Part shown: piece after piece, positions 51,400 through 62,395 of the stretch | How positions within the stretch are numbered: position 1 is the first letter of the stretch | How the letters are laid out: each line of letters starts with the position of its first letter | Origin: Tubulanus polymorphus | Taxonomy: Eukaryota > Animalia > Nemertea | Assembly: GCF_964204645.1 (NCBI RefSeq) | Contig: NC_134028.1 | Coordinates: forward strand, 11,145,263 to 11,209,262 | Direction of reading: 5' to 3' | Length of the DNA stretch: 64,000 nucleotides | Translations under genes and position numbers: made by a program | Notes under the pieces: generated by a model | The model's input: only the letters and a program-made list of their open reading frames with translations | What the model was told of the DNA's origin: nothing | Databases searched by the model: none

Positions 51400-54300
51400 C
51401 ATTCAATTTGTAATTAGCTCATCGGTTTACGAAAATCTTAAATTGTTGTAAATCTGGCAAGTTATGCTTTTGTATTTACTACCAGGAGACCAATGTCGCT
51501 CGAAAAAGAAGTCGATAAAAGGGGTTATCGGGTACAGGTAGCACGATAAAGGATTCCAGTGATAGAATTAGACTTTTAGAAGATAGAATAACCAGGTTGG
51601 AGGTAATTTTGACGACTCCTAGATCAGAGAATCAGGACAATTTAAGTGCAAGGTTCTCTGCGCAGAACTCAAGAAAGGTAAATAGCGGTCCCGCAGGCAT
51701 TTCCGGTCCAACTGTAAACATTGACTCAGTTAATAATCCCCTGGCGATTGACAAATGCATATGCTTCCACTCCTAGTGCCGGACAGTCTTCTCAGTCCTT
51801 ACAAGCCTTTTTGGTGAAAAAGGACGCATTGCAATAAGTTCGGCTGGACGGTGCTCAGAGTTGTGTGAGTCAAAAGTGGGCTTTAAAAATAGGAACGGGA
51901 ACTGGTGTCGGTTTTGGGTTAGGTGGCCGGTTACACTGAAACCGCCTTTAAATAGTTGTACACCCAGGACAATGTCAATGGTAGTTCACCCACTGACCTT
52001 AGTCAACTCTGATTATTTTGGCTGCTCAAATGAACTTCATACAATCGGAATTTACCAGTGTTTTGGTACATAGTTCATGCGATGACACAGCAAAGCTGTT
52101 CAGAACATTTCTCCAGACCAAAAATTGAGAAACTTACAAACTGCAGCACATATAGCCAATTTGAATTATCAAAGCGATTACCATCTGTTGGTGGTTATCA
52201 ACAGAACTTTTCACACGGATTCCGAGGAGGCGCTGGTAATTTGTCACGGGATTTCCCAACTACTAGATCCAAGAAGGACAATAATAGGAATGAACGCGTA
52301 TAGTAAGCTCTAAATGTTAAATTCGGCTCCATGGCAAGAAATCGGTTGCTTTAAAAAAGTATTAGACTAGATTGATTACGGAATTCGTATTCCATTTTCT
52401 GAAACACCCTCAAGTTTTTAGGTTCAAATAGGTCTTTCCCGGTGAAAGAACTACGTTGTATTGATGCTACTATTGCGGACTTATTGTCGTGGGGAATATT
52501 GCGACAAGCAAAACATCAGCCGAGGTGCATCTCCACTTTGAACTGCGTTACTAAGGGTGGTAAGCTACATCCTCCCCAGGCAGGGATTCTAACTTGATGG
52601 CATCGCTACACTCAGCCACAGCACAAACCCCTGCTACACTAGACCGGGTGCGCAGGTACATGCCCAGCTTTGTAGCAGGAAAACTTGCAGCACTATTCAG
52701 ATTGCTTGTTGTATAATCGCTGAGGTAAATTTCACGCAAGAACTATTAATGGGAAAACCCGGGCTAAAATAAAACGGGATTTCTGATTGGCTAATCATGG
52801 CATCATCTAAACTGCGCATGTTTCTGCACACTCGGTTTAGGGTGGCAGGGTTTCGTACTGTGGCAATGTCGATGCCATCAGATTCGAATCCCTACCGTGC
52901 GAGGATGGGTAAGCTATGGCGTATAGTTGATTTGCAGCGTGTTAATGGATATTATAGTGTCCCAAAAATTTCTTACGATCTGAACACTGAGGTTTGTGAT
53001 TTTCTTGAACCATCGGATGATCTGATAACGTTAGATATCAAAGACGGATTTTTTCACATACCAATTGCATAAGAATTCCGTATATTCCTCGGCATATCTT
53101 GGAAGAATAAATTGGGGCATATCTTGGAGGAATTGACTTTGGGGCCAATCAGTATGGGTAAAATCGTCCAACTTCTGAGAAATGTTGGCAGTTTTGTTGG
53201 TTCTACAGGCGTTTCCTGCGGATATTCACAGAAAGACAGTTCAGTTGCGGTTGGACGACATATCGACACTGGTGTACATAAACTACCAGGGCGGACCATC
53301 CAAAGAATTGTATTCAGAACAGTATATGGATAACGGCAAAATATCTAGCAGGATGGAAAAATACGCATACTGAAAATTTGTCGAGGACCCTGAGCCCCAC
53401 GATTGGGTGTTCCTAGACAGGATCTGGGGATTACACACCATCCATCGGTGTGAGTCACAGGTAACGGCCCAGGTGGGTCGTTACAACAGTCAGTTTCTAG
53501 AGCCAGGTACAATAGGGGTAGCCTGTCTAGCCCAGCAAGATTGAGGTATAAACAATAACTATGTAAACCCCATTTCGTTTAGTGTCAAATATTTTAGAGG
53601 TGGTAGTGACCCAAAAAGCATTGGCTACTATTATCGCCCCATGGTGGCCAAACAAGAATTGGAGCAGAAAGCTACAGGAGCTGAGTATAGACCACCCAAT
53701 CTGGATTCCAAACCACCCGCGGGCCTGTCTAAGCTTATGTGTGTGCCTGGAGCTATTGCAGAACAGAAAGTGGCACCGATATGCCCGGCGGATTTATGGC
53801 GGCAATGGTTACAGGCTCGCAGGTTGTCGGATCGGGCAGTGAAACAATTCTCGAGTGCGGTCTACTCTCTGTTCTTATGATAATTGTATATCCCGTTTTT
53901 GGAAATTACTGAGTGTAAATGGCATAGTGTTTCCCCTATTAGATAGGGAAGATGTCATTACTGATTTTTTATGCGTGCTCATTGTCATGTTTTTATAAAG
54001 CCATGGGACTGGAATCCCCAGTATCAAGCCCAGAGGTTTCTTTACTACATTCTGCTTTGGTTAAATCTGGTACATCTGCCCCTGCTCAGCGAACCAAAAC
54101 TGCCAGTGCGGCCATTCTATGATTTATTCTTGACATGGGATGATGATGTAAATTTATCACTTAATGATTTAAGGTTGAAGTGTATTACGCTTATGGCACT
54201 TGTATTTATGGTACGTCCCTCGGATATGGCTCTGAGGGGTATGGGATTTGAGGTGTCAAGTGGGTTATTTCACCCATTAGTGTTTTCAGTCGATAATGTT

Positions 54301-54770
54301 ATGTTTCAGCCAGATGGTTCTCTGACAGCGAACGTTTTTGGTATAAAGAATGACAGTGCCAGGTCAGGTTTCGAGGTGAATATCCCAAAAGTTTCGAACC
54401 CTAATACATACATATTGCGTACTAATTCAAGTAGAAGTGATAGTTGAAGGGCCGTGTTTCTTATGTTGCATGCACAATTTAAAGTGTTACAGGCCGGTGG
54501 GGTCAGTAAGGTATTGCAACAAGCTATAGTTTTGGCCCGGGCTTTCTGGATTTACGCCTAAGAACTTCCGCTCTGCAGAAGCTACGGCAGCAATGGATGC
54601 AAAATTACTGCCGGAAACTGTTTTCATGAACCATTGTGTGTATCCTAGGGCTCTTGGTACATATACTGATGATATTCAGAACTAAGTTTTATTGTGGTTG
54701 TAACGTGTTGTTGTCATTGAACTGTTTGAGGTACTTTAAAGGTTAATATCAGCTCTCTACTATGGCTTTA
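51400..54770 (+). mobile_element. Heavily degraded DIRS-type tyrosine-recombinase retrotransposon
   Basis: Remnants of RT (LDIKDGFFHIPI), RNase H (LVYINYQGG), MT-like (IIAPWWP) and YR (LKCITLMALVFMVRPSD); boundaries approximate. Confidence 0.75.
52568..52907. mobile_element. Mutator-like MITE with ~100-bp imperfect TIRs
   Basis: Perfect 9-bp TSD GGTAAGCTA (52559-52567 / 52908-52916); CATCCTC...GAGGATG ends. Confidence 0.88.
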
Positions 54771-54771
54771 A

Positions 54772-55391
54772 CCCTTAACCTGCCGGCAGCTTTTATGTTA
54801 AGTCCTGTGTGTGCCAGGTGATTTGCGTGTTAATGAAATTTACCCATCAAATCCTCATAATTTCAAACTATTGTATATAGGGCATTGAAACTTCACAAAG
54901 TTGTAGTTTATAGTCATAGCCACGGGATAGTGCTGAAAAATTAAATTTCGAATTTTTGAAAGAGGGAGTCCACCGGGTGGGGTCATTTATGGGGGTCAAG
55001 TGCAAAACGACCCCCTAGAAAGTCAGAATACCCACAATTTTGTGTTACTTTGTTGATATTCATAAATAAAGACACTGTAGATTACTTCATCCATCGTTAA
55101 AACCTTTATTATGCTTCTTGTTACAGTCTAAATGTTTGAATCTTTATCAAAATCGGAAAATATCCAATTTGAGGTCAAAACTCTTCAAAATATCAATTTG
55201 AGAAATTACTTCCGGGTTCGGATTCTCAAGTATTGGCAGTGCCATGCATTAAGAACTAAGTCTCAATGCCCTGTGAGGCGCTTGTGACATAAAAACAAAC
55301 TTTAAATGCGAGATAGGTCGGGCTGTTGACTACAGTTGCCTACGGCAGTACCCCAGCATGTCAACTACAGTCGCCTACGGCAAGTTAAGGG
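54772..55391. mobile_element. piggyBac-like MITE
   Basis: TTAA|CCCTTAACCTGCCG...CGGCAAGTTAAGGG|TTAA. Confidence 0.85.
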
Positions 55392-56391
55392 TTAATAATT
55401 AAGTGTTACTGCAATTGATACCGATATAGGTTTTGTCTTGTTAGGAACTTGCACCGTAGTCATTTTTAAGTAGCTTATTGGTTGACGACAATCTTAAATT
55501 GTTCAATAATTGTTCAATAAAGTAAAATTGAATTGGATTTGATATTTTTTGCAGGATAAAATTTGATTGAATTTGCAGTTTGAGCACATGGATAATTAGC
55601 ATATCAAGGTCATCCATCCGATTTGAGAAAAAACTATTTTCCTGAATTTTGCATACTTGTCAATGATATTTTCTGTAGTGCAATGAAAATATTCCTCCCA
55701 AAACCAAATCAACTAAAGATTTCACGGAAATCGATCTTGAAATACAATTTTAGATCTTAAAATAAAACCCGGAAGTAAAAGGGTAGATGATACCGCGGGT
55801 TCACGTGAACACCTGCTGATTTCTGTGGCTAAACCAATCATTGGGGAGTCTTTGCTTTCTGATTGGCTTTTAAAAACAGATCTTTTGCATTCAGATTTTG
55901 GCGAAGAAGCTTATATCAATTTCAACGAGGCCCTTTTTCAAAATTCAGCCTCATCGAGTTTCGAGAATGAATAATGCTCTTGATATTGAAAGTTGAATCG
56001 TTTGTTTCAAAAATACATTTACTTTTCATGGATTTCCTGTGTTTTGATATCTTATTTCTTATTAGACGACGGATATTGTTTTATAATACATTTCCAAACA
56101 CAGAAAGGGCAAATGGAGGGCGAATAGTGCATTAACTTGATTCCTGGTTCTATCTCACCAGTAATTAGGTCACTACAGAATCCCATGAGATAGCACATGT
56201 GGTATCGCCAGTCAGTGTGCATTTGGCTTCGCTGGAGATCAGTCGTTTTTTCTTACAGTGTGCTGGAACTGTTCTTGTGTGTTTGTGTGTTACTGGATTT
56301 TTAATAGCTATTGGATTTAATTTCTTCGTCTGTTGTTGGATTACTGTTATTAACTGTTGTACTTGGATATATATTTACTGATCTACGAATA

Positions 56392-57374
56392 ATGGCTGAA
56401 AAAGGCTATTATCTGATGACGAGGATGCCCTTTTGGGCCCTCGCAATAAAAATACCCACTCCACTGGAGGGGATTCATGCCCTGTGAACCCCACTGGGGA
56501 CAGGGATGAAGACAAGATGCACCCCACTGGGGACAAACTTGCCACCATAGAAAAATCTATGGAGTCAATTGCGACAGCAATGACAAAGATGGGGGACGCT
56601 TGGCAACAGATGACCAAGGCTGTCAATCAAACCCCAAAGAAAAGGCAAAAGACATGCCATGACATGTCAGATTCTTACCATGATGAGAGTGAGGCCGAGG
56701 TTGAAATGTCGTCCGATAACGGGGACGACGATGTCGCCTTATTATTGTCATCTCAAAAAGATGAAAATGGAGGGGACGGAGAGGAAAACCCCTCGGACTC
56801 AGAGTCTAAACTTAAACTCCTCGATATGGAGTTAAACGATGAAACCCCTGGACCAGAAATGGACAAAGGGTTAACAGAAATTATAGAGAAAAGGTTCTCT
56901 AAAGCCCTGAACGTTGAAATGATGAGGGCCAAGGAAAAGACCTACCCGGTACCCAAAAATTGCGAGGCATTAACCACGCCTCGGGTTAATACGGAAATTT
57001 GTCCCAAAATAGGGGCCGCTGCGAAAACGCGTGACTTAAAACTCGCCAATACCCAGTCTGCAGTAATGAAAGGGGCCATGGCGGTGGCTTTGACAACTGA
57101 AAAGTTACTAGCCAAACGAAATGGCGGGAAATTCTCGAAAGACGAAGTCGATGTAATGTTGAGAACATCAATTAATGCTCTTGCATTACTGGGCCATGCA
57201 TCACATGAGTTGTCAATGCGCCGGCGGGAATCGATCAAGCCAGGATTAAAACCCAAATATTGGGGTCTCTGCAAAGACAATGTCCCGGTTTGTAAATGGC
57301 TGTTTGGTGACGACGTATCAAAAGCAATACGAGAAGCTAAACAAACCGATGACGTCGGCTATGAGGCCTTATGA
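56392..57374 (+). pseudogene. DIRS gag-like ORF1
   Basis: YPVPKNC..PRVN..D.KL..Q..HELSMRRRESIKP..WLFGDD motifs; probable frameshift at the start and deletion at the 3' end. Confidence 0.8.
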
Positions 57375-57397
57375 TAGTTAATGATAGTTAATCGCTT

Positions 57398-58369
57398 ATG
57401 ATAGTTAAAAATAATGACTATTTTAGCTTTGATTTTGGGGAATATACCCGATTTATTAAAAGTACAATTGATTCAGCCATATGGCAGGTGGAAAATTTTA
57501 TTGGAGGACAAGTCCGATTCAAATCTGAAAGATGGGAGCAAATAACCAGTGATCAGGAAATACTGGGAACGATCAGAGGCTACAGAATTGATTTTATAGA
57601 AAAGCCTGTTCAGAATTTTGTTCCCAAAGAAATAAAGTTTTCCACAGCAGAAAATGTAGCTATTGAAGCTGAAATTTTGAAATTAACAAAAAAACAGGTC
57701 ATTTCGAAATGTACTCATGAAGAGGGCGAATTTATATCGTCAATTTTTGTAAGACCTAAGAAGGATGGGTCATATAGAGTTATTCTGAACCTCTCAAAAC
57801 TTAATAAGTATATTCGGTACCATCACTTCAAGATGGATACACTTAAAACTGTTACTGAAATGATGACTCCAGGGTGTTACATGGCAACGATGGATTTAAA
57901 AGATGCTTATTATAGCATCCCTATAGCCGTAGAGCACCAAAAATTTTTGAAATTTTATTTTAATGGTCAACTTTACAAGTATACCTGCTTCCCTAATGGG
58001 TTAAGTCCGTGCCCTAGGGCATTTACAAAATGCTTGAAGCCTGCTCTCTCTTTGTTGAGGGCGGAGGGGAAGCAATCTGTTGCATATTTAGATGATATAT
58101 ATATGCAGGGAAATAATCTTCCTGATTGCGCTAGTAATGTTAAAACATCAGCACCGCTAATGACGGACCTGGGATTTGTAATACATCCAGACCCTGAAAA
58201 ATCTGCACTGCTGCCAGCCCGGCAGCGTGAATTTATTGGATTCATGCTTGATTCTGTCTATATGTCAGTTTCACTGACCTTGAAGAAAGAAGATAGGGTT
58301 AAATTATCTTGCCAACAACTAATTGACACAAAAAACCCTAAAATAAGACATGTGGCAGATGTGGCTTGA
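57398..58369 (+). CDS. DIRS reverse transcriptase
   Basis: PKKDGSYRVILNL, DLKDAYYSIP, PNGLSPCP, YLDD; frameshifted from RNase H at ~58366. Confidence 0.93.
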   Translation: MIVKNNDYFSFDFGEYTRFIKSTIDSAIWQVENFIGGQVRFKSERWEQITSDQEILGTIRGYRIDFIEKPVQNFVPKEIKFSTAENVAIEAEILKLTKKQVISKCTHEEGEFISSIFVRPKKDGSYRVILNLSKLNKYIRYHHFKMDTLKTVTEMMTPGCYMATMDLKDAYYSIPIAVEHQKFLKFYFNGQLYKYTCFPNGLSPCPRAFTKCLKPALSLLRAEGKQSVAYLDDIYMQGNNLPDCASNVKTSAPLMTDLGFVIHPDPEKSALLPARQREFIGFMLDSVYMSVSLTLKKEDRVKLSCQQLIDTKNPKIRHVADVA

Positions 58370-59544
58370 TGGTCTCGTCATTTCCTGGGGTAGAATACGG
58401 CCCTTTACATTATCGAAGTATTGAACATGATAAAACCATTGCCCTGAAACTGCACTGTGGTGATTTTGATTGCACTATGCAACTATCTGATGATTCGATG
58501 GCTGACCAACACTGGTGGGTGGCTTTTGTTGGTCAGAGTAAAAAACTGATTTCACACGGAAAACCTGATCTGACTGTTTATTCTGATGCCTCGAATACAG
58601 GGTTCGGTTACTCATCACCTGACCTGAATCTGTCGGGCGGTGGTATCTGGAAATCAGCAGAGCAGCTGCTGCATATTAACGCTTTAGAGATGAAAGCTGC
58701 TGAATTGGCGCTAATGGCCCTGGGTCGAAATAAAAAAGGCAAGCACATTAGGCTTATGGTCGACAATACCACTGCTGTGTCCTATATTAGAGAGATGGGT
58801 GGCTCACATTCTTTAAAATGTAATGAGGTAGCTAAGAGAATATGGTCATGGGCCATAGCTAATAATGTATGGTTGAGTGCATCACATGTACCTGGAATTG
58901 AAAATATATGTGCTGACAGAGAATCCAGGGTGTTTAAATTAGAGATAGAATGGGCTCTTAACCCCAAAGTGTTTGAACAGATATTAGAGAAACTGTCAGA
59001 AATTAAATTAGAGATTGATTTATTTGCAACGAGACTGAATCGTAAATTGCCCAGCTACGTTGCCTGGAAGCCTGACCCGGAGGCAGTGGCTATTGATGCT
59101 TTTATGCTGGACTGGTCACTGTATAAATATTTGTATATTTTCCCTCCTTTCAGCCTTATCCCCAGAGTACTACAGAAAGTTTCAGAGGATCAAGCAACCT
59201 CGATGTTAATTGTACCGGACTGGCCGACGCAGGCTTGGTACCCTACTCTGTTGAGACTGTTATGTGCGGAACCGGTGATTCTTCGGGCCAACAAGAGACT
59301 ATTAATAATGCCACAAGATTCGGAAATGGTCCATCCTCTAGCAACAAAATTGAGCCTTCTGGTATGCATTGTGTCAGGAATGCATTGCAAGCGAAAAACA
59401 TTTCTGGAAAATCAGCTGAAATTATACTGCATTCATGGCGGGCATGTACAAAGAAACAATACGAGACCTATTTTCGGAAGTGGGAGAAATATTGTGCTAG
59501 ACGGAGTGTCGATACGTTTCAACCCAATATCAGTGATGTATTAG
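58366..59544 (+). CDS. DIRS RNase H + methyltransferase-like domain
   Basis: YSDAS, HINALE, VDNTTA, N..AD; IDLFA..DAF..YIFPPF. Confidence 0.9.
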   Translation: MMVSSFPGVEYGPLHYRSIEHDKTIALKLHCGDFDCTMQLSDDSMADQHWWVAFVGQSKKLISHGKPDLTVYSDASNTGFGYSSPDLNLSGGGIWKSAEQLLHINALEMKAAELALMALGRNKKGKHIRLMVDNTTAVSYIREMGGSHSLKCNEVAKRIWSWAIANNVWLSASHVPGIENICADRESRVFKLEIEWALNPKVFEQILEKLSEIKLEIDLFATRLNRKLPSYVAWKPDPEAVAIDAFMLDWSLYKYLYIFPPFSLIPRVLQKVSEDQATSMLIVPDWPTQAWYPTLLRLLCAEPVILRANKRLLIMPQDSEMVHPLATKLSLLVCIVSGMHCKRKTFLENQLKLYCIHGGHVQRNNTRPIFGSGRNIVLDGVSIRFNPISVMY

Positions 59545-60332
59545 AATTTTTGACTGAGTTATATGAAAGTAACATTGGTTATAGTGCTATTAATACTGCG
59601 AGGAGTGCACTCTCGTCAATTATAATTCTAGAAGGGCACTGTACAATCGGTAATCATCCTCTCGTTTCTCGGTTTTTGAAGGGTGTATTTAATTTGCGAC
59701 CTTCGTTGCCGAGATATGTAACTACGTGCGACATTAGCCCTGTTTTGGTATATTTAAAATCACTGGATTTAGACTCACTGACTCTGGAGCCACTTACTTT
59801 GAAACTAACATTTTTGTTGGCGATTTTATCAGGGCAGAGAGTTAGTACTATTCAATCTTTGAAGATCAAAGACTTAACTTTTTGCGAAAACAGATGTGTT
59901 TTTTATATAAGTTCACTACAAAAGACGTCAAAACCAGGACGTCATGAATCGCATCTTACATTCAATACGTACGCTGATAAGAATTTGTGTTTGTGTTCTC
60001 ATTTAAGACGATACATAAATCTGACCAGAGACTTCCGGGATTGCTCTGGACAGCTGTTGATTAGCTTCATAAAACCGCATGGATCTGTTACTACTCAAAC
60101 CGTTTCCAGATGGATCAGGCGTGTTCTCGAGGATGCAAATATTGATGTGTCGGTTTTTGGCGCGCACTCGGCTAGAGCTGCGGTTGGCTCTGGCCTTAAA
60201 TTGGCGGGAATTCCCGTTGATAGCATACTTAATAGTATTGGCTGGCAGAATGAAAAAACTTTCGCTAGATTCTATGATAAAGACGTTGAAAGCAAATTTG
60301 TATTAAGTGATTCCCTACTGTCAATTATGTAG
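59235..60332 (+). CDS. DIRS tyrosine recombinase
   Basis: GQRVS, HSAR, GW..TFARFY catalytic set; overlaps the MT frame. Confidence 0.93.
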   Translation: MVPYSVETVMCGTGDSSGQQETINNATRFGNGPSSSNKIEPSGMHCVRNALQAKNISGKSAEIILHSWRACTKKQYETYFRKWEKYCARRSVDTFQPNISDVLEFLTELYESNIGYSAINTARSALSSIIILEGHCTIGNHPLVSRFLKGVFNLRPSLPRYVTTCDISPVLVYLKSLDLDSLTLEPLTLKLTFLLAILSGQRVSTIQSLKIKDLTFCENRCVFYISSLQKTSKPGRHESHLTFNTYADKNLCLCSHLRRYINLTRDFRDCSGQLLISFIKPHGSVTTQTVSRWIRRVLEDANIDVSVFGAHSARAAVGSGLKLAGIPVDSILNSIGWQNEKTFARFYDKDVESKFVLSDSLLSIM

Positions 60333-60453
60333 TTATTATAGGCTAAATATATCTGCTGCATGTTATATACATATATATACATCAAAATTAAGGTGGTTGT
60401 CTTCTTTGTGACACAAAGTCTCATATCTGGCTTCTCGTGATCAAGGCTTTCAA

Positions 60454-60579
60454 ATCTCATGGGATTCTGTAGTGACCTAATTACTGGTGAGATAGAATTA
60501 GGAAATTAAACGAACTTACCTGTAAGTGAAGTTTGATTGAGATTCTATCGAATCAGTAATGGGGAACGAAGGAATCACA
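60454..60579. repeat. DIRS internal complementary region (ICR)
   Basis: 60454-60497 = reverse complement of 56148-56191; 60498-60579 = reverse complement of 60702-60783. Confidence 0.93.
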
Positions 60580-61099
60580 TGCCCACCGCTTACAAAAAAT
60601 TTGACAATTACTGTACAGTTTTGTGTGTTTCCCGGCCCAATGTTTCTTGACCACTCAAAGCTATTTAAAGACTGACTCGCGATACCACATGCGCTATCTC
60701 TTGTGATTCCTTCGTTCCCCATTACTGATTCGATAGAATCTCAATCAAACTTCACTTACAGGTAAGTTCGTTTAATTTCCTAATTATGACGAATGGGCGA
60801 ATAAAGGGCAATTAAACCATTATTGCTAAAAGGTTGATTTTACGAAAGGGCAAATGGGCGATCTCATATTCAATGAGACCAAACACTAAATTTTTTTCAA
60901 AATAGAGAAATATTTATTAATGTTGATAGAAATGATAAAGCTTTAACAAATGATACCAAATAAGAAATAATGGCATACATACATGTATTTACTTGTTTTT
61001 AGCAGTTTGAATTCAAAGAATTCAGACATACTATAACCAAAATGTGCAATTTTCCCATTCTCTCTTTCATCTTATTTCTGACGAAACTCATCAAAAATG

Positions 61100-61308
61100 G
61101 TTAGGCGTGTTGATTTCAGCAAACGACAGCCATCTAGTATCTGATGAGGACAGTTTTTGGGCTTCATGTGTGGCTCGGGTAGATGTTTGAACCAAATATC
61201 AAGACAATCACTCGAAGTGTCTTCAAAACTTCCCAAAATAACTGTATTCGGTATATGGACGAAAAGTGAATGCAGTAGTGCGCTGGGACTAAAGTTCTAA
61301 GTGGGCTA
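61100..61308 (-). mobile_element. Diverged HINE-like 5' fragment
   Basis: Reverse-complement similarity to 738-1010. Confidence 0.65.
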
Positions 61309-62395
61309 ATGATATTTCCTGCTCTTTGCAACCCTGTAAACTTGAAATTGAAGTATGACTTCAGTATGATGTCATCTTCTCACAGTCTGTCTTGGTAATT
61401 TTTGTAAAAACTTGGTAAACTCTGTAAACTGCATTTGTAGCTAATCTTAACACTTTTTATGTTTTACGATAGTTCATCCTAACTAGGTAATAAGCATAAT
61501 TAGATAAGTTGAATTTTGCATATCTTAAACCACCAAAAAGTTCTAACAATAACCTACAATCTTTTCTGAGAGCGATATGCTGTGGCTCGAATAGATATTG
61601 AGGTGTAAAGGTTGGAACATGGCATGTAAATTGAGTTGAATTACAGCAAAAACAGTTGGCCAGAAATTTTCAGTATAATCTGGCAGCACCAAAAGGGTTA
61701 AATATGTCTAGAAAATAGATGAAGCATAAGAAAATGGGAAATATGCTATATCAATTCATAATTTTATCAGAAAATGGGACTAACATAGATACCCATTTGT
61801 AAATAGACATGCAAACAAACATACAAATACTGCACACTACACGATAAGCCTTTTTACAGTTTTTGCCCCGTTTGATTTTCTTATTTCGTCCATATCTCTG
61901 GATAGGATTGAGATAGAAACAAAGTGAAAATATCGATGAACTTGGCTGATAATTAAATTTTTTATGATATCACTCATTTATCAAATTAATGCAACAATGT
62001 GCGCTGGTGAAGTTATAAACATTGATATCGTCTTCCCGATAATTCAACTTGAATTATTGCCCATGTCATTCAAAAGTTCGTAATTCTTATAAATTTTTAT
62101 CGACATTTTTGAAATTTTCAGGATCGATAGACATCTATATGTGGTGTTATGTGCTTTTTACCATTTTCAATTATCTTTATTAGTTTTCAAGTAATTGCTA
62201 GTCAAACTTGAACAATACATTTTCTCTAGTATTGCTGAAGTATATACGTGTGTGTTACTGTGTAAATGGAGGGAGTGCTTTCCAGCGAAAGTTAAGTTGC
62301 GGTAGCAATCAGAAAACAAACTTCAATTTCAACAATGAAAATCGTTTTTTTAGAGGAAATCTTGATTAAAATAGGAAGAAATCATTTGGATCAAA

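Larger units (their letters stand above)
56148..60783 (+). mobile_element. DIRS1-like tyrosine-recombinase retrotransposon, near complete
   Basis: gag, RT, RNase H/MT and YR ORFs; ICR 60454-60579 complementary to both termini; no TSD. Confidence 0.95.

Noticed and set aside
61310-61340. Possible further PRPSAP exon
   Set aside because: A minus-strand acceptor-like sequence is present but the translation does not resemble PRPSAP
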